This document shows positions 27,337 to 35,601 of a stretch of DNA of 64,000 bases, piece by piece. Both the position numbers and the translations under genes were made by a program. Each line of letters opens with the position of its first letter. Position 1 is the stretch's first letter. The DNA comes from Candidatus Dormibacteria bacterium (GTDB lineage: Bacteria; Chloroflexota; Dormibacteria; Aeolococcales; Aeolococcaceae), in the NCBI GenBank assembly GCA_049521435.1, contig JBEKOU010000003.1, positions 12,688-76,687 on the forward strand, read 5' to 3'. A model generated the notes under the pieces. It saw only the letters and a list, made by a program, of their open reading frames with translations. It did no database searches and had not been told where the DNA came from.

Positions 27337-28467
27337 ATGACGCCCGATAGCATGCGCATCGCCCTCATCGCCCCGCTCATCGCCCCGCTGCACGAGCCCC
27401 AGATGGGCGGCGTGCAGACCTTCCTGGTCGACCTGGCTCGGGGTCTCGCCGGGCGCGGACACGATGTCACCGTCTTTGCCGCCCGCGGCTCCCGGGTGGA
27501 GGGGGTGCGGGTCGTCGACACCGGGGTGGACTCCGCGCTGCTCGGCACCACCCTCTTCCGTCCGGAGGCCTCGGAAGCGATCCTGGATGCGCGGGGTGCC
27601 GCCGCCAGAGCCGCCGGGAAGACCGCCGCCGAGGCCGCCTTCGCCGCCACGGCAGCGCTCATCGGAGAGGACGAGCTCGAATTCGACCTCGTCCACAATC
27701 ACGCCTTCGACGTCCCGGCGATCCGCCACGCCGCGAACCTCACCGCCCCGGTGCTCCACACCCTCCACATGCCCCCCGACCCCGGTATCGGCGCTGCCCT
27801 CACCGCCGCCCGCCGAAGCCCCCGCCCGCCGCTCGTCGCCGCGGTCTCGGAGGCCCAGGCGGCGTCCTGGCGCGACCTGGTGGAGATCGACGCCGTGCTC
27901 CGTCCCGGGATCCCGACGACGGTGATCCCGTGGTCCCCGATCCCGACCTCCGGCCGCCTCCTCTTCGCCGGCCGCCTCTCACCGGAGAAGGGGGCCCGGG
28001 AGGCGATCGTCATCGCCCGGGCGGCGGGGCGGCGCCTGCTCCTCTGCGGCCCCGCGTACGACCCAGAGTACGGCGCCCAGCTGCAGGCGCTCGACGACGG
28101 CCTCACCCTCGAGGTCCGCCCCGCCCTGGTGAGGTCCGCGCTCTGGGCGGAGATGGCCTCTGCCGCCGCCGTGCTCTGCCCGGCAGGATGGGACGAGCCC
28201 TTCGGCCTGGTGGCGGCAGAGGCCAACGCCTGCGGGACCCCGGTGGTGGGCTTCCGCAGGGGCGGCCTCTCCGAGGTGGTCGCCGATGGGGTCACGGGGA
28301 TCCTGGTCGCGGCGGGCGACGTCGCCGGGGCGGCCGCGGGAGTGGGACGGGCGGATCAATTGAGCCGCCAATCCTGCCGCAGCCACGCCGAGCGTCACCT
28401 CGACCTGGAGGCGACCCTCGACGCCCACGAGCGAACCTACCGCCGGGCCGTCGGGAACCGAGGCTGA
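27337..28467 (+). CDS. GT4-family (GT-B) glycosyltransferase
   Basis: MRIALIAPLIAPLHEPQMGGVQTFLVDLARGLAGRGHDVTVF and EPFGLVAAEANACGTPVVGFRRGGLSEVV. The start may be the ATG at 27352. Confidence 0.9.
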   Translation: MTPDSMRIALIAPLIAPLHEPQMGGVQTFLVDLARGLAGRGHDVTVFAARGSRVEGVRVVDTGVDSALLGTTLFRPEASEAILDARGAAARAAGKTAAEAAFAATAALIGEDELEFDLVHNHAFDVPAIRHAANLTAPVLHTLHMPPDPGIGAALTAARRSPRPPLVAAVSEAQAASWRDLVEIDAVLRPGIPTTVIPWSPIPTSGRLLFAGRLSPEKGAREAIVIARAAGRRLLLCGPAYDPEYGAQLQALDDGLTLEVRPALVRSALWAEMASAAAVLCPAGWDEPFGLVAAEANACGTPVVGFRRGGLSEVVADGVTGILVAAGDVAGAAAGVGRADQLSRQSCRSHAERHLDLEATLDAHERTYRRAVGNRG

Positions 28468-28485
28468 GGGGGTTCCGCCCGGATC

Positions 28486-29385
28486 TCAGGCCGCCGCGAC
28501 CCGGTTGCGGCCCTCGGCCTTGGCGACGTAGAGGGCGTCGTCAGCCCGGTGGACGAGGACCTCGGCGTCCTCGGTCCCATTGGTGTGGCCGACGCTGACC
28601 GTGACCCGGATCTGGCTGCCGTCGTCGAGGGTGAAGGGCGCGGCCGCGATCACCTGCCGCAGCCGTTCGGCCATGACCCGGACCCCGTCGGGCGGAGTGT
28701 CGGTGAGCACCGCCAGGAACTCCTCGCCTCCCCAGCGCCCCAGGGCGTCCTCGGTGCGCATCGCCTGCTGGAGGCGCGCCGCGACCTCGCGGAGCACGGC
28801 GTCACCGGCGAGGTGACCGTGCTCGTCGTTGACGTCTTTGAAATGGTCGATGTCGACGATCAGGACGCCCACGCTGCGGTCGTGGCGCCGCGCGGCGCTG
28901 ATCACCGAGCGCAGGTGCTCGTCGAGGTGGCGGCGGTTGTAGATGTTGGTCAGCATGTCGATGCGCGAGACCCGGTCCAGCTCGGCGTTGCGGGTGCGCA
29001 GCTCGTCCTGCAGCCACTTGGTCCGGAGTGCGGCACTCACCCGCGCCATCAGCTCATTGGCCTCGAAGGGCTTGCGCAGGTAGTCGTGGGCACCGAGCCG
29101 GAGCCCGTTCACAACGTCGGCGGTGTCGACTCGCCCGGTCAGGAAGACGACGGGGATGTCCTTGAGCTGGGGATCCGCCTTGAGCCGCTCCAGGGTGGCG
29201 TGGCCGTCGAGCACCGGCATCTCGACGTCGAGGAGGATGACGTCCGGGTGGTACTCGCGGCAGGCGTCGATCGCCTCCGCTCCGTTGACCGCCTCGACGA
29301 CGGTGTGTCCATCGGTTTCGAGCTGGCGCCGGAGCACGGCCCGCACCACCATCGAGTCGTCGGCGACCAGGATCGTGCCGTTCAC
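28486..29385 (-). CDS. response regulator-diguanylate cyclase (REC-GGDEF, WspR/PleD-like)
   Basis: ILVADDS...ILLDVEMPVLDG...YLRKPF receiver. GGEEF active site with an RTED (RxxD) I-site five residues upstream. Confidence 0.95.
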   Translation of the reverse strand: MNGTILVADDSMVVRAVLRRQLETDGHTVVEAVNGAEAIDACREYHPDVILLDVEMPVLDGHATLERLKADPQLKDIPVVFLTGRVDTADVVNGLRLGAHDYLRKPFEANELMARVSAALRTKWLQDELRTRNAELDRVSRIDMLTNIYNRRHLDEHLRSVISAARRHDRSVGVLIVDIDHFKDVNDEHGHLAGDAVLREVAARLQQAMRTEDALGRWGGEEFLAVLTDTPPDGVRVMAERLRQVIAAAPFTLDDGSQIRVTVSVGHTNGTEDAEVLVHRADDALYVAKAEGRNRVAAA

Positions 29386-29771
29386 TGGAGCTCCTTGGCG
29401 AGCTGGTCGGCGTCGAGCACCAGGATCATCCGCTGCTCATCGGCCCGGATCACCCCGGAGACCACCGGGTTCTCCTGGCCGGAGGGCGGGGTGGTGATCG
29501 CGCTCTCCTCCACCCGGAGGATGCCGATGGCGCTCTCGACCACCAGGCCAAAGCGCTCGCCGCCGCCGTCCAGGACGAGGACATGCCCGGCGCCGTGGCC
29601 GAGCACGGAGAGCACGGTGAGGATCTCGTCCCCACGCCGGAGCACGCCGGCGATCCCGTCCTTGGGCACGGGCAGGGGGGTGATCCCGTAGGGCAGCCGC
29701 ACCTCCTGGACCCGCTCGATGGGGACGGCCCACTCGCCGTCCATCGTCTCGAAGTGGACCAGTGTTCTCAT
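29382..29771 (-). CDS. cheW: CheW-like coupling protein (second copy)
   Basis: 129 aa from the ATG at 29771 (C-terminal part of track ORF 29382..30659). WAVPIERVQEV...GIAGVLRRGDEILTVLSV...FGLVVESAIGILRV. 4-nt overlaps on both sides. Confidence 0.8.
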   Translation of the reverse strand: MRTLVHFETMDGEWAVPIERVQEVRLPYGITPLPVPKDGIAGVLRRGDEILTVLSVLGHGAGHVLVLDGGGERFGLVVESAIGILRVEESAITTPPSGQENPVVSGVIRADEQRMILVLDADQLAKELQ

Positions 29772-31156
29772 GGCTCGGGTGTCCTCGTCAGCCGGTGGTC
29801 GATCATGCGGACCAGCTCCTCGATCTGGTAGCCCTCGAGGGCTACCTCGGCGGCCGCGGAGCTGCGGCCGAGAGCGGCCCTGGCGACGCTGAAGGCCCGG
29901 CGGGCCTGGCGCGATTCGCCCTGGAGCTCGAAGGCGAGGCCCAGCTGGAACTGGGCGATGGCATGGTCGGGGTCGAGGTACACGACCTTCCGGAGCGCGG
30001 CCACCGCGGCGGCCGCGTCGCCCGCCTGCAGACCGGCTTCGCCCGCAGCGAGGAGGGCCGCGATCGAGGGGTCGCCGCCGCACTCGTTCGTCACGGCCAC
30101 CGGGAGTGGCGGCTGGGACGGCGCGGAGGCCACGTGCGGCGTGGAGACCGCGGAGGGAGCGTGGAGAGAGCCCAGCTTGGCCCCCGCGGGCACGGAGGGC
30201 CGGGAGCCTCCCCGGGCCTCGGCGTAGGTCGCGGCGGCCCGGACGCCGTTGCCGCGCCCGGCGTCCGGAGCCGGCACGGCTGAGACGTGAGACTTGGTCC
30301 GCTTGGAGGGGCCGCGCGAATGGCTCGGATAGTCGGGGGCGGGGAGGATCTGGGCGGCCGGGTCCGCCGGCACCGAGTCGGGCTGCCGGTACGCGAAGGC
30401 GGTGCCGACCCGCACCAGGTGAAAGCGCTCGGTGACCTGCCAGAGCGACTCCGAGTAGCCGAGGAAGACCCATCCGCGCGGGTCCATGGTGGTGCGGATC
30501 CGCTCCAAGGCGGCCAGCACGTCGGGGCGGTCGAAGTAGATGAGCACGTTGCGGCAGAAGACGACCTCCGCGCCCCGCGCCGGCGCCGGGGCCGGGTCGC
30601 GGATCAGGTTGTGCCGGAAGACGGTCACCTTCGACCGTAGCTCGGGGACGATCTCCCACTGGTCGCCGGCCCGGCGGAGGTACCGGCTGCGCTCCTTCTC
30701 GTCAAGCCCGGTGAGCTGCCGCTCCTCGTAACGCCCGCTGGCGGCCTGGCGGAGGGCACGGGAGGAGATGTCAGAGGCGACCACCTGCCACCTCGCGATG
30801 CCGCTGTCGGCCAGAATCATGGCGATGGTGTAGGGCTCCTGTCCCCAGGCACAGCCGGCGCTCCAGACGGTGAGCGGGGAGTGGAGGGTGGGCACGACGT
30901 CGCGCCGGAACGCGGCGACCTGGGCGGGGTCGCGGAAGAAGGAGGTCTCCTGGACGGTGAGCTCGTCGAGGCAGGCCTGGAGCGCCGGCCCCTCGGCGGC
31001 GATCTCCTCGACGATCGTGGAGTCCGGCACACCCCGCTGCTCCGCGGTGTGGTGGAGCCAGTAGTCGAGGCGATACCGCTGGGCGGGGTCCAGGCGCAGG
31101 CCGACGCTCCGTTCCACGAACTCACTGGCGGTATCGAGCAGGATCTCGCTGGTCAT
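29768..31156 (-). CDS. cheR: CheR-type methyltransferase with a C-terminal TPR region (WspC-like)
   Basis: ETSFFRDP, VWSAGCAWGQEPYTIAMIL and VVFCRNVLIYFD. The C-terminus AVAALRKVVYLDPDHAIAQFQLGLAFELQG is TPR-like. Confidence 0.9.
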   Translation of the reverse strand: MTSEILLDTASEFVERSVGLRLDPAQRYRLDYWLHHTAEQRGVPDSTIVEEIAAEGPALQACLDELTVQETSFFRDPAQVAAFRRDVVPTLHSPLTVWSAGCAWGQEPYTIAMILADSGIARWQVVASDISSRALRQAASGRYEERQLTGLDEKERSRYLRRAGDQWEIVPELRSKVTVFRHNLIRDPAPAPARGAEVVFCRNVLIYFDRPDVLAALERIRTTMDPRGWVFLGYSESLWQVTERFHLVRVGTAFAYRQPDSVPADPAAQILPAPDYPSHSRGPSKRTKSHVSAVPAPDAGRGNGVRAAATYAEARGGSRPSVPAGAKLGSLHAPSAVSTPHVASAPSQPPLPVAVTNECGGDPSIAALLAAGEAGLQAGDAAAAVAALRKVVYLDPDHAIAQFQLGLAFELQGESRQARRAFSVARAALGRSSAAAEVALEGYQIEELVRMIDHRLTRTPEP

Positions 31157-32208
31157 GCGGGCACCGCTACGCCGGCAGCGCGGAGCACCGCGGCGGCGAT
31201 CTCGGAGAGGGGCAGCACCCAGGTGACACCGCCATTGTCATGGGCCGCCTTGGGCATCCCGTAGACGGCCGAGGACTCCTGATCCTGGGCGATGGTCGTC
31301 CCGCCGATCCGCCGGAGGGCAAGCAGCCCCGAGGCCCCGTCGTCCCCCATTCCGGTGAGGATCACGCCGATCCCGCGCTCGTCGCCGCAGTCGGCCATGC
31401 TGTGGAAGAGGACGTCGGCGGATGGGCGGTGGAGGGTCACTGGCTCGTCGAGAAGCGACAGCCGGTGGCCGCGCCGCACGATGGCGTGCAGCCCCGGCGG
31501 TGCCACGAGCACCATCCCGGGCCGGAGCGGGGCGCCGTCGACGGCGAGCTCGACCGGGAGCGCGGACTCGCGCCGCATCCAGCCGAGGAAGCCGTCCACG
31601 AAGCCGGACTGCAGGTGCTGGACGACGATGACGGGGCGCTGGAGCCCGCCCAGGCCGGCAAGAACCCGTGCCAGAGCGGGGGGGCCACCGGTGGAGGCCG
31701 CCAGTCCGACCACGCCATCGGAGCTGCGCCTCCCACCGGCGGCGGCGGGGCGGAGCTCCCGGACCGGCGGGCGCCGCAGCCGCTCGCGGCGGCGCTGCGA
31801 GAGGTGTCCCAGGGCACGAAGGCGCTTGCGCAGCTCGGCTCCGACGGCGACGTCCCACCTGGCCGGGTACGTCATGACCTCCACCGCGCCGGCGACGACC
31901 GCCGCCATCGAGGCGTCTCGCCGGTGGTCGGAGGGGACCATGAGCAGGATGGGCACGGGGGCGAGGGCGAGGATCTCCCGGACGAGGCCGGCGGCCTGGT
32001 CACTGTTGGAAAGCCCGGACATGTCGAGGCCCACGAGGTCGGGGTGATCCCGGTCGATGGAGGCGACGGCCTGGGCGGGGAGGACCTGAGCCACCACGCT
32101 GGCGTCACGGTCGGCCTCGACGGCCCGTGCGAGCTGTGTGGCCCAGGGACCCGTCTGCCCGCTGACGATCAGCACCCGCAGGATGTCCTTCGCCGGCACG
32201 GCGCTCAC
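31153..32208 (-). CDS. cheB: CheB-type methylesterase with a degenerate receiver domain
   Basis: GLAASTGGPPAL, QHLQSGF, HRPSADVLF and LTGMGDDG catalytic-domain motifs. The GTG at 32208 overlaps the upstream small ORF by GTGA. The receiver lacks the acidic pair and the conserved Lys. Confidence 0.85.
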   Translation of the reverse strand: MSAVPAKDILRVLIVSGQTGPWATQLARAVEADRDASVVAQVLPAQAVASIDRDHPDLVGLDMSGLSNSDQAAGLVREILALAPVPILLMVPSDHRRDASMAAVVAGAVEVMTYPARWDVAVGAELRKRLRALGHLSQRRRERLRRPPVRELRPAAAGGRRSSDGVVGLAASTGGPPALARVLAGLGGLQRPVIVVQHLQSGFVDGFLGWMRRESALPVELAVDGAPLRPGMVLVAPPGLHAIVRRGHRLSLLDEPVTLHRPSADVLFHSMADCGDERGIGVILTGMGDDGASGLLALRRIGGTTIAQDQESSAVYGMPKAAHDNGGVTWVLPLSEIAAAVLRAAGVAVPA

Positions 32209-32381
32209 CTCACCGGCCCTTCGACGGCCGAAAGACCGGTCGCTACGGTGCCGCGCCCAGAGGCCCGCTTCAGCGCCCGCCGCATGGCGGCCTGCTCCAG
32301 CTCGCGCTCCCTGGCGGCCCGGCGCACGGCGCGGCTGATCGCGGCCCGCCTCAGGGCGCGGTCCTCGGATGGCTGGGTCAC
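32205..32381 (-). CDS. unannotated 58-aa Arg/Ala-rich ORF coupled to both cheA and cheB
   Basis: GTGA overlap with the cheA stop and GTGA overlap with the cheB start. VTQPSEDRALRRAAISRAVRRAARERELEQAAMRRALKRASGRGTVATGLSAVEGPVR. GC3 is about 90%. It falls below the 60-aa cut-off of the track. Confidence 0.4.
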   Translation of the reverse strand: MTQPSEDRALRRAAISRAVRRAARERELEQAAMRRALKRASGRGTVATGLSAVEGPVR

Positions 32382-34672
32382 CGCTCCGCCCCCAGCAGCC
32401 GCTCCACCGCGGACAGCAGCGCCGACTGGTCAAAGCCGCTCTTCACGATGTAGCCGTCGGCGCCGCACTCCAGGCCGCGCCGGCGGTCCTCATCGCTTCC
32501 CCGGGAGGTGAGGATGATCACCGGCAGCGAGGCGAGACCGGGCTGCTTGCGGATTGCCTCGGTCAGCTCGAAGCCGTCCATCCTCGGCATCTGGACGTCG
32601 GTGAGGACCAGGTCGGGGCGCTCGTGGGAGATCTCCACGAGCGCCTCCTCGCCATTGACGGCCACCCGCACGCGATAGCCGGCGTTCTCGAAGATGGAGC
32701 GCTGCAGCTCGCGGACGGTCAGGGCGTCGTCGACCACCAGGATCGAGGCCGCACGCTGCGTGACGGCCTCCCCCTGTGCGACTCCGCTGGCGGCCTCCTG
32801 GGACCGGTCGCCGCTCTCCATGCGGCGGGCCCGCTCGATCAGACCCGCGGCCTCGAGCACCAGGAGGATGCTGCCATCGGGCTGGACGCCGGCCCCGGCC
32901 ACCGCGGGCAACCGGGGGATCAGCTCGCCGAGGCCCTTGACGACGACGTCGCGCTGATCGACGAGGTCGTCGACCTTGAAGGCATGGCTCCGGGTGAGTC
33001 CGGCCAGGACGACGGCCGGACCTTCGGTGCCGTTGCCCGTGCCGAGCACGGAGGCGAGGCTGCTGATCGGCACCGGACGGCCGTCCAGCATGGTCATTGC
33101 CCGCCCGCCCACCGTCGCAGAGGGCTGAGGCGGCAGCACCGCACGGACCGAATGGAGCGGGATGGCGTAGGCCTGCCCGCCCGCATTGATGACCAGGCAG
33201 CGGAGCGTCGCCATCGTGATGGGCACGGCGATCCGGAACTCCGTGCCCATACCGGGGTCAGATCGGACCTCGATGCGCCCGCGCACCGCATTGAGACTGG
33301 CCCGGACAGCATCCAGCCCCACCCCGCGGCCGGACACGCCGGTGAGCTTGGTGGCGGTGGTGAGGCCCGATCGGAAGATGAGATAGAGGGCGGCCTCGTC
33401 GTCCATCTCCATGGCGGTGCGGTCGGTGCGACCCGCCGCCTCCCGAACCCGGGCGACGTCGATGCCCCGGCCGTCGTCGCTCACCGCGATGACCACCTCG
33501 GAGCCGAGCTGCATGGCGTGGAGCCGGATCGTCCCCTCGACCGGTTTGCCGTGAAGGCGTCGCTCGTCAGGGGACTCGACGCCATGGTCGACGGCATTTC
33601 GGACCAGATGGAGGAGGGGATCGGCGAGACGCTCCAGGACGCCGCGATCGATCTCGGCGTCCTCGCCCCGGGTCTCGAAGCGCACCTCCTTGCCGGTCTC
33701 CCGGGCCAGGTCGCGCACCGCCCGGCGGAGCCGGGGAGCGAGTGACATGACCGGGATCATCCGGGCGTGAAGGGCCAGCTCCTGCAGCTCGTTGAGGGAG
33801 CGGACCAGGTCGCGGTACTCGGTGAGACCGGAGGGATCGCGTTCCAGCCGCTCGAGGAGGGCACTCCCGAGGCGGAGGGTCGCGGCCGATGCCTCGCCGA
33901 TCAGGCGGACCAGGTCGTCGATCCGGTGGACCGGGATCTGGAGCATCTCGGTCGCCGTGGCCCGGGCCGGCTCGGCGTGACCCGCGGCGCCGTCGGAGGC
34001 CCCGCTAATCTCCGCTGCCGCCCCGTACCCGGCAGGGTGCTCGCCCGCCGGTGCCGGCGGTGGAACCGGCTCAGAATCCGAGGGAGGCGCCGGAGGTGGC
34101 GCGGGCGGCCCTGAGGAGGCGGGCGCCGTCCGATCGGGCGCCGGGCCGCCGCCTGGCGCAGAGGGCGAGGGGGTGACCGGCGCGCTCGGGGCCGGGGCCA
34201 TCCCTGCAGGTGGGGCTGCCGGCTCGGCGAGCCGGGAGGTGGTGCCCGCGACGGCCTTGTCCTCCACGACCGGAGGCCCCCCGACGGCGATGCGCAGCCG
34301 CTGCTCGGCCTCGAAGGCGACCTCCTCGTGCTCCTGGCCGGCGACCGCGAGAGGGATCAGGGTTCGGATCGCATCGACACCGGCGAGAACCGCGTCGATC
34401 AGGGCGGTGTCGACCCCGCGCCGCTCGCGGCGCACCTCTTCCAGAAGGTCCTCCAGCGCGTGCGCCACGCGGGCGACGTGAGGCATCCCGACCACCGCGG
34501 CGCCGCCCTTGATGGTGTGAGCCTCCCGGAAGAGGGACGCGACCACCTCGGGGTTGGCACCGCCCTTCTCCAGCTCGAGAAGCTCGTCGACCAGGGTGTC
34601 GAGGCGACCCTCCGCCTCGGTCGCGAAGAGGCGCTGGAAGTCGCCCTCCGAGAGCGACTCCTGAGGGCTCAC
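32378..34672 (-). CDS. cheA: hybrid CheA histidine kinase with a C-terminal receiver (WspE/FrzE-like)
   Basis: Hpt FREAHTIKGGAAVVG, Pro/Ala linker, HLVRNAVDHGVE...DDGRGID...SGRGVGLD, a CheW-like domain, then ILVVDDA...LVLTDVQMPRMDG...GYIVKS. Confidence 0.95.
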   Translation of the reverse strand: MSPQESLSEGDFQRLFATEAEGRLDTLVDELLELEKGGANPEVVASLFREAHTIKGGAAVVGMPHVARVAHALEDLLEEVRRERRGVDTALIDAVLAGVDAIRTLIPLAVAGQEHEEVAFEAEQRLRIAVGGPPVVEDKAVAGTTSRLAEPAAPPAGMAPAPSAPVTPSPSAPGGGPAPDRTAPASSGPPAPPPAPPSDSEPVPPPAPAGEHPAGYGAAAEISGASDGAAGHAEPARATATEMLQIPVHRIDDLVRLIGEASAATLRLGSALLERLERDPSGLTEYRDLVRSLNELQELALHARMIPVMSLAPRLRRAVRDLARETGKEVRFETRGEDAEIDRGVLERLADPLLHLVRNAVDHGVESPDERRLHGKPVEGTIRLHAMQLGSEVVIAVSDDGRGIDVARVREAAGRTDRTAMEMDDEAALYLIFRSGLTTATKLTGVSGRGVGLDAVRASLNAVRGRIEVRSDPGMGTEFRIAVPITMATLRCLVINAGGQAYAIPLHSVRAVLPPQPSATVGGRAMTMLDGRPVPISSLASVLGTGNGTEGPAVVLAGLTRSHAFKVDDLVDQRDVVVKGLGELIPRLPAVAGAGVQPDGSILLVLEAAGLIERARRMESGDRSQEAASGVAQGEAVTQRAASILVVDDALTVRELQRSIFENAGYRVRVAVNGEEALVEISHERPDLVLTDVQMPRMDGFELTEAIRKQPGLASLPVIILTSRGSDEDRRRGLECGADGYIVKSGFDQSALLSAVERLLGAER

Positions 34673-35106
34673 TGCGAGATCCGAGCAGGGCTGAGGAGCA
34701 CCGGGACGTCGAGGGCGACGGCCAACCGGGCGTCAGCGACCAGGTAGGTCTCGGTGGTCCCCTCCATGTCGGAATGGCCCACCGATTCGTTCAGTCGGAC
34801 TGTCTGCGGCATGTCGGTGGCCACCAGGCCGGCCGTCCCGTGGGCGGTCTCGACCAGCACCGCGTAGGGCTCCTCCATGCATGCACGGAGGCCGAGCAGA
34901 AGGCCGGTGTCGAGGAGCGGGATGATGTCCCCGCGCACATTGAACACGCCACGCACCACCGGAGGCGAGGTGGGCAGCTGGGTCACCCGCGGCTCGACCA
35001 CCACCTCGCGGACGGTCTCCAGCGCGATGGCGTACGTGTCGCTCCCCACCGGGATCAGCAGAGCGAGCTGTCCCGAAGCTATGCCGGGCGTGGTCGTGCC
35101 GGCCAC
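34669..35106 (-). CDS. cheW: CheW-like coupling protein (first copy)
   Basis: YAIALETVREVV...VRGVFNVRGDIIPLLD...YAVLVETAHGTAGLV. The GTG at 35106 follows GGGGAGAGGGG. The ATG at 35220 is also in frame but lacks an SD. Confidence 0.8.
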   Translation of the reverse strand: MAGTTTPGIASGQLALLIPVGSDTYAIALETVREVVVEPRVTQLPTSPPVVRGVFNVRGDIIPLLDTGLLLGLRACMEEPYAVLVETAHGTAGLVATDMPQTVRLNESVGHSDMEGTTETYLVADARLAVALDVPVLLSPARISQ

Positions 35107-35601
35107 CTCAGGCCCCTCTCCCCCCGGGTGGCGTGAGCCGCGGATTGGGCGGGTTGTGCACTGGACTGTTTCCCCGGGCGGCGCATCCCAGTCACCGAGT
35201 CCGATGCTGGGCCGGGCCATTCGAACGGCCGGATCATTTCACGGGCGCTGTGAAAAGATGGACACGGCCTGACGAGAGTCGGTGACAGGGGTGGACGGCG
35301 GGACGGGGCGGCGGACGGAGAATGGCTGACCTGGGGTGCGCTGGCGGCCCCCACGGGCACTGTCGACCTGGCAGTCAGCGCTCAGTCATCTGACCCAATC
35401 AGGGGGACCCGTTCCGACCCCTTCGGCGGATTTGACCGCCTCACCGGGGCTGATCGACAACAGTCACCGAAAGCCTGTCCGAACTGCAGTTGTGGTCGGG
35501 CGAGCGGGGCTGGAGGGGGAGCCGCCGCAGGCGCCGGCGGTGACCCGATGGCGCACACTGTCCAGGACCGGATCTGATCTCACGTTGATGGGGAGTCGAG
35601 G

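Noticed and set aside
35237-35255. TTTCAC-7 nt-GTGAAA dyad upstream of the chemosensory operon as a CRP/FNR-type site
   Set aside because: The half-sites are everted relative to the TGTGA-N6-TCACA consensus. A 6-bp dyad alone is too weak to call.
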